64,000 nt of DNA from Macrostomum lignano (lineage: Eukaryota), in assembly GCA_002269645.1 (NCBI GenBank), contig NIVC01000012.1:806001-870000 (forward strand), written 5' to 3'. Shown in pieces: positions 27,894 through 54,287 of the stretch (its first letter is position 1; each line of letters begins with the position of its first letter). A program made the position numbers and the translations under genes. The notes under the pieces are model-generated. The model made no database searches. It had not been told where the DNA came from and saw only the letters and a program-made list of their open reading frames with translations.

Positions 27894-28076
27894 GACAATC
27901 GAAGTGAAAAGTGATGGCCAATCGGAATCAATACAATTGTCTAAGAAGAGATTTCGCAGCGGATTGGCTGATTTGAAGGCCCGCAAATTGGTTTGAGGCG
28001 GAAAAGACGAATCGAATTTGGTTATTATGGGCCGCGCGTTTTAGGTCTAGGAGACCGTGAGGATTAGCTTCTAGCT

Positions 28077-28455
28077 CAGGGGTCGGCAAACTCTGGGGTC
28101 GTGACATGCAGCCGGCGAAGCCTCCGATCTATCCGGCCCTGTCGTTTGAAATTTCAAAATAGCAATCCAGTCCGGTCAAGGCTTCTTCTTAGCTTTTTTT
28201 TCTTTTTCTCCTCTCCTCTCTCATCTCATAGCTTTTAGAGAGAACCTAAAATATTCGAAATTATGGCACATACTTCGCTGAAATATCTGCGTTACCACGT
28301 CAGTGCTTTGGGGTTTGAGGACTCTTGCCTTTCTCCGCCTCTCGCCCTCCTCTCGCCCTCCTCTCGCCCTCCTCTCGCCTCTCCTCTCGCATCTCCTCTC
28401 TCTCCTCTGTTCTCTTTTTCGTTCTTCAAATTAAAAAACCAGCTTGCCAACCTTG
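28077..28455. mobile_element. hAT (Charlie-like) MITE with CT-rich interior
   Basis: Left TIR CAGGGGTCGGCAAACT and degenerate right TIR AGCTTGCCAACCTTG. The 8-bp flanks TTCTAGCT / GTCTAGCG resemble a hAT-Charlie nTCTAGAn target duplication. Related left ends occur at ~19614-19690 and ~57645-57715. Confidence 0.75.
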
Positions 28456-28924
28456 GTCTAGCGTGATGCCAACTTTAAAGTCCGGATGAACCCTCCGGAG
28501 CCCTTGATGTCCGCTCTAGGGGCAATTGATTACGACATAGAGACTGTGGGGGATTCAATTTAGACTTACTAAGAAAAAAGGCGAATGAAAAATATGAATC
28601 GTAGGATCTCTCACAGCACGAGAAAATTTCACCAAAAAATGGCAGCGCACCGAGAGTGGTGGAAGAGGACGCGACGTCACTGAAGAAGACAAACAAGCTA
28701 GAAACTGGTCTCGATCTGTCTGCGCGAGGGTTGGTAAAACGCTACATCCAGTGTCACCATGCAGGCTCTATTGTATGCTCGTAAAAAAGAAACAGAAATC
28801 TATTGTGAAAAGTGACAATGTTTAAGACTTTAGTTGTATACAAAGATACGGACAAGCAAGGCATGGCTTAATAGTTCCTTAGTTCTCAACAGCAATCAGA
28901 TAGCCTGGAAAGAGTCCTGATACG

Positions 28925-29590
28925 ACCGAACAGCCTCCAACATCACCGAGCAGCCTCCAACATCCCCTAGCAGCGTCCAACATCCCCGAGCAGCCCCCAA
29001 CATCACCGAGCAGCCTCCAACATCCCCTAGCAGCGTCCAACATCCCCGAGCAGCCTCCAACATCACCGAATAGCCTCCAACATCACCGAATAGTCTCCAA
29101 CATCACCGAATAGCCTCCAACATCACCGAATAGTCTCCACCATCACCGAATAGCCTCCAAAATCACCGAACAGCCGCCTTCAACATCACTAAGCAGCGTC
29201 CAACATCCCCGAGCAGCCTCCAACATCACCGAGCAGCCTCCAACATCCCCTAGCAGCGTCCAACATCACCGAGCAGCCTCCAACATCACCGAGCAGCCTT
29301 CAACAGCACCAATCAGCCTCCAACATCACCGAAAAGCCTCCAGCATCACCGATCAGCCTCCAACAGCACCCATAAGCCTCCAACATCACTGAGCAGCCTC
29401 TAACAGCACTGGTCAGAATCTAACATCACCGAACAGCCTCCAACAGCACCCATCAGCCTCCAACAGCACCCATCAGCCTCCAACAGCACCCATCAGCCTC
29501 CAACAGCACCCATCAGCCTCCAACAGCACCCATCAGCCTCCAACAGCACCCATCAGCCTCCAACAGCACCCATCAGCCTCCAACAGCCTC
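28925..29590. repeat. 20-mer minisatellite (CAGCCTCCAACATCACCGAG)
   Basis: Direct reading. Confidence 0.93.
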
Positions 29591-30536
29591 CAGAAGGGTT
29601 AACAGCAGCAAGAAGCGAATGCCTTAAGCTGAAACTTATCCATAATTGAAGGCTGCTGTAGAACATCCAACAGTCTCGAACAACATGGAAAGTCTTCAAC
29701 AGTTTTTAGTTTCTGGCACTCTTAAATTTTACAAGTCTCATTTTACCGTCGCGAGCAATTTGGCCAAATTTTAAATCTTATATTTACAGGTAACTTTCAC
29801 GCGACTAAACAAGACGCATCCGTTGATGAATTGGAAGAGCCGTCTGTATAGACAAAGCAAATATTATTCGGCAAATTCAATAAAATGTTTTTTTTTATAT
29901 CGTCAACGCAGAATTGTGCATAAGAAGCATAAATCTATAGATTCCATCACGCGGATTTTTCAGAGCCTCAAATCCTATGAAACACATCCTACGCGCTTAT
30001 AGCCGTCGATTTTAATCCCTTGACGTAGGTGCCTAAGCCGATTACGAATCTTTCTGTAAACGATTTCTCGTCAACGGATAAGACAAAGACGTCCAAAAAT
30101 TGTTCAGAAAATTACTGGGGCTCAGCTGTCGCCGGCCCTGATTCGAGTCCCATAATTGGAGATGAAATCGGCTTTGAAGGCATCCTAAAAATTACAAAAT
30201 AACGGAATGGAAGATTAAAATGATAGCAGAAGGTTCGCCAAAGAGTAACGTGAAGCTGGATTCTGCATGATTTCAAAATTTATTTTTATTTTTATCGAAA
30301 TCGCGAAATCCACCAAAGAGATGGTTGCGCTATAAAGCAATTAAAGCAATTTGTTGTTTGCCTCGGAAATCGTCGTCCCCAGGTGTATTTCGCCTTTTCT
30401 CTCCGCAGGCCTTGCTTTTGACTTCAAAGCAAACAAGAAAATAAAAAAGACAAATTTTTATCATGCGCGTTTCTTTCTCGCGTTTAGACTGCAGCCTTCG
30501 CAGGCCAGGATGAGGAGCTCAAAGAAGGAGATTAAG

Positions 30537-31584
30537 CTAGGCTACCTGGCAGACCCGGGCAAATTTCCCACCGGACCACTTGCACTCGCCCAGGCAGCAC
30601 TCGCCGTCGCTCGAGCAGCGATCGTTCTCGAACAGGCAGGACACACAGGTGCCGCCCTTGAACGGGTTGCTGTTGAAACGGCAGTAGCCGGTGCAGCAAC
30701 GGGCCCACGGCATCTTGTAGCACTCCTGGCCGATGCTGCGACATCCGGCGTCAACTGGAAATCCGGCAAAAAAAACAAGCACAGCGGGTTCAACTTGCGG
30801 GAAAAGTTTGATACCATCAGATTGATTTGGGTCCGTGCATTTCTGGTATTAGCGTAGTGCCTATGTACTTACTGTCGAAACTGGAACAATTCTAGAACGC
30901 TAAAGAGCTAGCCATTGGCCAAATATCGTACCATCAAAGTCTAACGGCTTAATTTTAAACGTATAAAAGAGGAGCCTCACAAAGTTTTACAGATCGGTAC
31001 GATCGAACGCAACACTTCCACGGGCCTCCCCCCTGCGCAAGGCCCTGCTTGGACTCAACCGCAGGGACATCAGGGCGGTGACCATGGCCCTCTCGGATCA
31101 TGGCTGTTTTGCCAGGTATCGCCACCTTCAGGGAAAAATCCGCAGTGAGGAATGCCCCTTCTGCCTCTCCGGTGTCGAGAATGCGGAGCACTTTATCTGT
31201 GAATGCCCCGCATTTACTCAGGACAGGCTCACCTACCTCGGCCCAAACCCGAACCTCTCCGACGTTTTCAGGCCCGAGAATCTCTGCCAGCTCGTCCACT
31301 ACCTAAGGGCTACCGGGCGAGCGACAATCCACCTCCTGGACTCTCCGGAGGGGGACCGCGCTGCGGACACCGGCGCCACCGGAACTCCCTGCGCGACACC
31401 GCAGCACTAGCTGCCCGTCTTCGCCAGGGGTTAGCGAAATGGGCGGCAACGCCTCCTCGCTGCATCCGGATGCACGGAGCCCCTGCAGCTGAGTCAAGTA
31501 TGTCAACACTTCCACTGGAGAAAACTTACCGCTAGAGAAGCAAGCAACTGTTGCCACAGCAATGCACAGCAGAATCTTCATCAT
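30537..31584 (-). CDS. Secreted double inhibitor-cystine-knot (knottin) peptide, 90-aa precursor. Exons 31584-31530 and 30754-30537
   Basis: Exon 1 [18 protein letters not shown](G|GTAAG) joins in phase 1 to TTCCAG|(V)[71 protein letters not shown]. Two C-C-CC-C-C frameworks. Confidence 0.88.
31030..31506 (+). mobile_element. 5'-truncated non-LTR retrotransposon: ORF2 C-terminal CCHC zinc domain plus 3' end, antisense in the knottin intron
   Basis: [22 protein letters not shown]...[21 protein letters not shown] matches the C-terminal GH...CxxC..E..EH...CP domain of LINE ORF2 (Loa/I-like). Confidence 0.8.
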
Positions 31585-32099
31585 GATTGCCAGTTTGAAG
31601 TGGAATATTTATGTTTGCTATACAAATCGACTATTTTTTGCCGAAGTTTGTTTGCTTAGGGCTAGCTGGAAGTGAGCAGATCGCATGCCTCATATAGGGG
31701 CTTGAGCTATTAGTCAGGTCCGGAAGTCGATAGGATTCGAAAATTAACTTCCGGTAATTCCGCTTTCAGTTAAACGTAGCTGAGGGAATTTTTTTCACGT
31801 CCAGGATAGTTTCAGTCGTTCATGACTGGGCAATTAAGTTGGTGTTTTGATAGCCAAAGCTGCAGAATACAAAAAAATCGTGAAAGTTGGCTGATCGCAA
31901 AACGATTCGAATGAAACGAATCACACTGCGAGTCACGCTGGGGAAACTCTCAAAGTTTTACATGCCCCTTCTGTATATTTATCGATCACAAGTCTGTCAC
32001 AGGCCGGATGCTTGCATTGCAGTTTTTCGACTGGTGGTCCAAGCTTAGAGATATTGGGACCGCTTCGTATAAGGGGTACCAGCGCCATCGGTCCCAAGG

Positions 32100-32635
32100 C
32101 TACTGCAAGGGAGTGACAGAGCTGCTGCAAGAGGGAGTGACAAAGCTACTGCAAGAGGGAGTGACAAAGAGAGGGAGTGACAAAGCTACTGCAAGAGGGA
32201 GTGACAAAGCTACTGCAAGCGTGAGTGACAAATCTACTGCAAGAGGGAGTGACAAAGAGAGGTAGTGACAAAGCTACTGCAAGAGGGAGTGACAAAGCTA
32301 CTGCAAGCGTGAGTGACAAAGCTACTGCAAGAGGGAGTAACAAAGCTACTGCAAGAGGGAGTGACAAAGCTGCTGCAAGAGGGAGTGACAAAGCTACTGC
32401 AAGAGGGAGTGACAAAGCTGCTGCAAGAGGGAGTGACAAAGCTACTGCAAGAGGGAGTGACAAAGCTACTGCAAGAGGGAGTGACAAAGAGAGGGAGTGA
32501 CAAAGAGAGGGAGTGACAAAGAGAGGGAGTGACAAAGAGAGGGAGTGACAAAGCTACTGCAAGAAGGAGTGACAAAGCTACTGCAAGAGGGAGTGACAAA
32601 GTTACTGCAAGAGGGAGTGACAAAGCTACTGCAAG
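32100..32635. repeat. 24-mer minisatellite (GAGGGAGTGACAAAGCTACTGCAA)
   Basis: Direct reading. Confidence 0.94.
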
Positions 32636-33524
32636 GGGTCGCCGGTTTGTAAGTCTTGGCCCTCTTAGATGTGAATCACAGGTCTAATGAATGAGTGAAG
32701 TTTAGCTAGGGTGTACGAGCTAGCTACATAAGAAAACTGTTATTATAGTTCAATAATATGTGCATGAATCGCTACCCACAAAAAAAATTAATATTGTTTT
32801 GCTAGGAATCGATTTTGTTTGACGTCGCATATAAAAAGGAGGCTGGAATCGTTATGTTTACTTTTTTAACGAAGTGTTTCATGATCGATATCTTAAAAGC
32901 GGAGCGTTAATTTCATAGATTAATTTCAGCGTCAAATTGGAGGCTAATGCAGCTCACGGATAAAGCCTGTTATTTACAAGGAGGCTACTTCGGTGTTCAA
33001 TGCATAAAATTGGAAATTCGTAAGACCTGCAAACTGCATAAATACTTCATAACTCTATGGAGAAATTGAGTCTACAAAAACTTTAGCGGAACTGAAAAAA
33101 ACTGTCTCATTTACGTAACAAATCTGCAAACAAAATAATGTAATAAAATTTCTTCAACTGCACAGAGGCAAAATGGTATCGGAATGCGACACAGTGAATG
33201 CATGAATTGAATTTGGGTGAAAAGAAATTTTCAGTGGAAGCAGAGAACAAAGTCAGATGGAACGAGCATCTTAAAATATGAGCAGTTATTTGGCTTCTGT
33301 CTGTATTTTGTTACATTTTTTTCTTTTAATCCTTGATTATTTGGAGTAGTGCTCTCGTTTTAAATAATGCCTCGTTTCATCAATTATCGATCATTCATCA
33401 ATACGGAGTAGAAAAATATAACAAAGCTCAAATTAGTTTCTTAAAATGTGGCGACTTAAAACAAAAAATAAGAAAATCTCTCTATAGTTTTTGTCACTCG
33501 TAGATTTGTTTTGCTTTAATCCGT

Positions 33525-48031
<14,507 letters not shown>

Positions 48032-49918
48032 CTGGGCGTTGGAAAATGTTTTAACTATTCAAAATTAAAATGACTTATCGTTCGTTTATTTGTGCCAATC
48101 AAGTTTAAGTAGCAAAAAGTATAACTTAGTTGCAACAGTCTTGCGACACTGTCAGGTGCGCTCTGCTCTTAGATTTTGTAAGAAGCAATTTAAGCCTGCA
48201 GAAAACAGTGCAGCGTAGGGGTAGATATGGGGTGGGACTGGTTTACGCAAAACACAGGGAGCAGGTGGTGCGCTTTGCAAAGTGTTTTCGTCACTGTGTC
48301 TGTTGGCAACTACAGTAAACAAATAAGCGCAACTATGGGGGGATTGATGGAGAGCTTGAAAAGACAGTGGGCGCTAAAAAATAAACTGGAATTCTGTCTG
48401 TCTCTCTACTAACTCGCTTTTCTTACTGCGAGTCCGCACACTTTTCAAATTTGATGAGCTCAAAAGGGCCTGGAAAGAGTCTGTAGCCTTCTTTCATTGC
48501 TCATTTTCCGTCTGCAACGTTCACTCAATTTCTTACTCTCTTTGCTCACTACAAAAGCGTACAGGTTTCGTTGGGATGGTTACAATGGACAGTGTTGGCT
48601 CTGTTGATATCAAAACAGTCTCAATTTTCTTACCTCTTTAACTTGACAGCGCGCCAGAGACGGCGAGAAACTCAAAATATTGCAACAATCAGGCAGAGAG
48701 GTGCCACTGGAGACTTAAGACCAGAGACCGTTTTTTGTGCCTCTAGATCATCGCTCTCTTTTTATATAGAGAAGGGGGCTCCTGAATAGGCTTTGGCTCT
48801 AATTAAGCGCGTTAGGAAGGCCGCATGCCAGAATCTTTCATTCAAACCAATCCCTCTAACCTCTCTCTTTCAGTTGGTATTTTGGCTGTCTAAGGTCTAT
48901 AATTTCTTTTGTGTGTGAAGTTTTGGCTAACTTTTATTGTGCTAAACTAATCGCGTACTATAGTGTATACCATACAGGACTGACAGGAAGTGCACATTGC
49001 TCCCTTCCATGGAAGCTGCTCTGAAATACTCAGGGATCTGTATATCCCTTTTTAGAAATTTCTCAGTCAGTGCAGAATTTCAAGCAAAGCTCTCTTGTGA
49101 CCAGAGAGAGAGAGTTTGATCAACAGCAGTGCAGAGCAGTCCTGCAATCGGGGAGGCAGAGCAGCCTAACGTTAAACACGCCTTGACTCTCGCGCCACGA
49201 CTCCTGCATGGTTCGGTTCCAAGCTAGGCCATTGTACATGCGAAGGGGATCGATGCCAACTTTGTCCCGAAATGAAAAGCCATGCACCAGAGCGGTGCTT
49301 GAGCGTGGAATCATTGATAATCCCAGGACAATATGGGATAAATGAGGATATAATGTCAACTTAAGCTTCCAGAATGGCCTGAACGAATTATCCTTTGTGG
49401 TCTGAGCACAAAAATTTAGCTGGTGAGGGGTTTGCGATTCAGCACCCATGATGACCAACCCCCAAGGTACAGAGCGTGTAGAGGCCTGACGAAGCTAGAA
49501 AGTCAGGACCGCTGTGTAATCGTGTGTATGAATATGAGCCCCTCTCTCCTGCACCGATCGAATATGGAGGCTGTTTGGCAACCATTGCACACCCTGGATT
49601 GCTTTGAGAGACAGTCTCACACAGGAAACTTGTGAAACAATGGCAAGATTCCATGAATGCAGACAAGAAAATCTTTATCCTGCTTTCAGATTCCAAGGAA
49701 AAGAATGGAAGATGTGTCGGAAGTCAAAAATTTCTTTTGGGAATTATACTGCTGCTTCCTGCATGAAAAACAAGCATTGTTCTACGTGGGGGAATTGCAG
49801 GAAGGCTGCTGAGCTGGGCCGTTATGGCCATTTAAGCAATGAAACTCCTTGCTTCACAGCTGACAAAGATAGTTATCCCTAGGAGAGATTAACCGATAAA
49901 AGTTAAAGCCACAGAAAT

Positions 49919-51440
49919 ATGATGCTCTCGGTAGCTGTCTTGCTTTACCTCTGCAGCACAGCAATCACAACCAACGAGGCCGGGACCTCCGAGTGGCGGG
50001 CTCAGCGCGACGACCCCGCCGACTACCTGGTTGACCGCGCCGTCCGCGCCGCCAGCCGCATCTCGTGCGTCTCTCTGGCCAGCGAGAGGCACCAAGCCGT
50101 CTCATTCTCTGGCGATGAAGGCATCTGCCAGCTTCTGACTTGCCGCCTGGGACGCAACGGCTGCAGGAAGTGCCGGCACGCCGTGAACCCCGGCCTGCCT
50201 CTGCTTTGGGTGAGCTGCTCAGAAATGTAAAAAGCCTAATTTAAATTAAAATGCATTGGCGAAATAGGAAACAGGTTAATTTTTAGCAATTTCATCTTCT
50301 GTCAGTTTGTTTGAATCCAAAATGTAATTTCTCCCGAGATGGTTATTTACAAGTACGAGCGTACATGTAGATAGAACTGACTTGGAAAAAACATACTACC
50401 AAATCAAATCAATTATTGTCTCTCCAGTATGTTTTTTCGTCCTGAAATTGTCCTTGTTTGGGGGCAAAGACAACTTACCGCACGCTTTTACTGCACATAA
50501 AATATCCGTTCGGAGACACGATATACTCTTAGCATTTTGCCAGTCTCCCATAAATAAACGCTCTTTGTGCATGGTCTTCTCCTCACGGACCAACAGAAGT
50601 GAGACGCTTTACTAGATTTTCTTAGAAAAGATCTCGATGCCGGGTAAAGAAACTTATACTTGACACATCGCTGGTGCATTTAGTATGCTCTCGAGAACGC
50701 ATAGCAATGACTGGGGGTTTCGCCATAGACAGATGTATAAACTGGAAGGGTTTCACGACACACGAAATCTTCTCACTACCAGCTTGAACGAAAATCAGTC
50801 AACGATCTGATTTCAGGTGAGGCAACTGGACGGCCTCGGGCCGGGCCGCTGCTGGCGAACCTTCCAGCACAGGGTGGACGCCTCTATCAACTTCTACCGC
50901 AACTGGGCGGACTACGTGTCCGAGTTCGGACAGGGTGAGGACAGAAACTTCTGGATGGGCCTGGAGGCGATCCACCTGCTGACTCGAGCTGGCGACAGGA
51001 GAGTGAGATGGGAGATGAGCTCGTGGAACGGCAGCTGGTGGTGGTGGGAGAATGTCGTGTTCGCTGTGCAGGGCGCTGATCAGGACTATCGAGTCTCCGT
51101 GGGCGCCCAGGACGTCGACCGGTCAAACGTCATTCAATGCCCAATGAACTCCTGGCTGTTCATGAATAACCAGAAGTTCAGCGCTCCGGACAGAGACATG
51201 GATTCGTATTCCAAAGATAACTGCGCCAGCATGTACCACGGAGGCTGGTGGTACAGCGCCTGCCACTGCTTCAACCCGAATGGTCGATACTTCACGCCTC
51301 CGACAGCTCTCAGCCTCACGGGATCGAACTGGGCCACTGGAATCGTATTCTCGAGGTACTATCCAGCCCCTGATCCGTCACCGCTAGACTACACCTACTC
51401 TATGCGCACATTCGAGTGCCTGCTGAGTGATCAACTTTGA
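49919..51440 (+). CDS. Secreted fibrinogen-related protein (FReD) with a degenerate N-terminal PAN/apple-like module, 304 aa. Exons 49919-50209 and 50817-51440
   Basis: Signal peptide MMLSVAVLLYLCSTA. Phase-0 intron (TGG|GTGAGC ... TTTCAG|GTG). FReD motifs WRTFQHRVDASINFYRNWADY..FG, FWMGLEAIHLLT, KFSAPDRDMD...NCASMYHGGWWYSAC..NPNGRY. Confidence 0.9.
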
Positions 51441-51651
51441 GCTCGAGTTTAACAATTATTTTTTAGTGCAATGGAACATGAAACCTACCAATTAAGATCG
51501 ACCAAAAAGTTGTTCCGGTTTAGGAGTTTAGGATTTTTCATTTTGGGAAAGTGGGGGTATCTCAACCCCATAACTCCATCTCTAGAAGCTGGAGTTTTTG
51601 AGCATATGCCATAGAGAGCAGCAGTAACAGCATGTTTATTATATAGCCTCT

Positions 51652-51887
51652 GGGGGGGGCATCATAAACCCAATATATCATATTCTCTAAAATTCTTACA
51701 AGCCCCATCATAAACAAACCCTAAATATCATATTCTCTAAAATCGAAAATGCAGGCCGCATCAGAGTTTTCGAGACTATTAAGGGTGATATTTCGGGTTT
51801 GTGATATTTAGGGTAGTTTATGATGCGGCCTGCATTTTGGACTCAATTGAGAATATGATATTTAGGGTCTGTGGTGGCGCCCCCCCC
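51652..51887. mobile_element. Foldback-type MITE with imperfect and nested inverted repeats
   Basis: Left GGGGGGGGCATCATAAACCCAATATATCATATTCTC versus right GAGAATATGATATTTAGGGTCTGTGGTGGCGCCCCCCC; inner pair ATGCAGGCCGCATCA / TGATGCGGCCTGCAT. Confidence 0.75.
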
Positions 51888-51929
51888 TGTAATTCTTATT
51901 ACGAGTTTGTCTAAACAACGAACCCACTA

Positions 51930-52203
51930 GGGTTGTAGCCTAGTGGTCAGAGCGTCGGACTCATGACTTGAAGGTCGGGGGTTCAATTCCCGAATCCCAC
52001 TGGAACAATTTGAGTCATTGAGCAAGACACTTAACTCTGCATTGCTTCAGTTCACCCAGCTGTAAAATGGGTGCCAGCATTAGCTGGGGTGATTGAGGGT
52101 GTGCGTGTGGCGACCCCCCAGTCCTTGGACTGAACAGCCGTACGCAGCCTTCAGATGCGCATTGCCCATTAGGGCAGGTGCAATCTTATTATTATTATTA
52201 TTA
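51930..52203 (+). mobile_element. tRNA-derived CORE-type SINE, copy 2, with (TTA)n tail
   Basis: A box TAGCCTAGTGG, anticodon-like loop CTCATGA, B box GGTTCAATTCC, CORE-like segment 52012-52072, (ATT)n tail. Confidence 0.88.
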
Positions 52204-54287
52204 TGCAATTCTGAATAGGGAATTCACGCGGTCAGGTGCATGAAATGGCTAGTTGAAGTTTCGCTCTCGTCATCTCGTAAGGCCTCGTGCGTGGAACAGC
52301 TTTAATATTCCTACATGTACTTTAAGAGCCCCACAGGAAAGAGTTGAAATGGACATCTACGAGTATACTTGCCATCTGCAAGCAATGTTGCTTGAAGACT
52401 GCTTTCACCAATGCAACATAAGAAGGACTATGAAGCCGACTAGCTACTTAAAACTTAAAACCTTTTTGATAAATAAAAAGAATCAGACAAGCACAGGAAT
52501 AAGCAGGCATTGGCATTATTTATTGACGTTTTTCGCTTCAGTGCTTTTACAACCAAAGTAGCCAAAAATTTGTTTTTGCCAGTTGTTAAATTGTATAATT
52601 TTTCATGTATAAATATGTTTTGAAAATTTAAAAAATTATTATTGATGGGAAAAACGTACCAATAGAAGGAAGTGTCAAGCCATTTTATTGTCCATGGGGG
52701 AGCATGGGGATTTTTTGTTAGCAAAATCGGGTGCAAAAGTAGGCAAATTACTACAGTAATAATTAAACACTTCCACTCTTTAATAATATTCACGCATGAA
52801 GGCGGCATTAAAGAGCTATAGAAGATACGGAGAATAAAATACAGGAAAAAGTGAGGCTTATGAATGAAGAGCAAAACGAAAAAAATCCTTAAATCTATGT
52901 ACAGGAAAACACTTTTTGATAACTGAAGATCGCGCGCACTAAAAAACAGCAGACTTGCTCCAGTTGAACTTTTGATTAATTATAAAAATTTATCAGTTCA
53001 ATTCATAATATTATTAGGAACCTGAGTCAACAAAACAGGGACGAACAGAGCCGGCTCAAAGTTTATAAAATTTTACTTAATTAGTTGTTTATCAAATGTT
53101 TAAACAAAACGTGATGATTAAAGAGAGAGAGAGATCAGTTTCGTAAGGTAGGTCTTATATTGGTAGAGTGAAAATACAGAACTAACAGAATTAACAAGCA
53201 AAGTAAGAGCAAAATTTATCAGCTCTGCTTCCTCTGTCTTTTTCAAAGTCGATTTCATACAAAACAAAATTGAGAAAAAAAACGCACAAGAAATGAAAAC
53301 AAGAACAATAAAGCATTATTATACACAAATTTCTAATCAGTTAGTCAATGTTTGAGCGAGTCGACGCAATCAGGAAAAGGGAGGAGGGCTGGACAAATAG
53401 TTATTACTAATAGTAGCATAGAGTTCACACGCACAAATCTGCACAAAGTTTTATTCAGTTCAATTATCAGACCTGCAAGCTGGAAGATGCTATTAAAAAA
53501 CAACTGATGGACAACACTGGATTTCAGCAGTTAATGATATTTTAATGCAGCCAATGTAGTGTATATCTAGTGAATTTGTTTTACTCTAACCAAAAAAAAT
53601 TAATAAAAAAAGACGTCCGCACATCTGCCTACTGCTAATTAATGAAGTCAGTAGTGCAATAAGCTACATATCGGTGCTATAAATAAATAGGGAAAATCTA
53701 GAAAATTTCAAAGGAAGGTGAATTTGACAAAGCAGATTTTTTTATTAAAAAAAGTTAACTACCGCACATCTCTAGGCAATTAAGTAAGTTATATTTACAA
53801 ATCAGTGTCATCATTACCAATAAATCAATAATTATACATAAAAGTTTGGTGGGAAAAAACAGACACTTCAAAATCAGTTTGACAAACAAAACAAAAAAGC
53901 AGACAGAAAACTGCAGTCGGCGGCCCCTCGCTGCTAACAATTAGAAAAAAAAAACTGTTCAAGTCAGCACTGAAGATATGAAATGTGTTTGGGGAACAAT
54001 AGGCGACCGCAGGGAGGAACTGGCCAGACAGCAGTGAACTCTGTACACAGAAATATAGCAATAAATACTCGGTAAATATTTAATATAGAGCATGAGCTGC
54101 CAAATTTTGTTATAATAATTATATAGTAACAATAACTATATGAGTAGAACATGCAAATCATATTTATATTTATTATTATTAATATTATTATTAAAGAGGC
54201 AATGAAAAGTGCAAAAAATTAGGCTTACCAGTGACACACACAGTTCATGAAGTTGATAAATAATTAAACGTTATCAAGTCGTCGAGT

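Noticed and set aside
48419-48435. Short match (TCTTACTGCGA) to my recollection of the Macrostomum spliced-leader sequence
   Set aside because: Only ~11 nt, diverges immediately, and no donor or Sm site follows.
51930-52003. tRNA-Met gene (CAT loop); tRNA-like head also at 45641
   Set aside because: Acceptor and anticodon stems are mismatched, and the sequence continues into a shared SINE body and tail.
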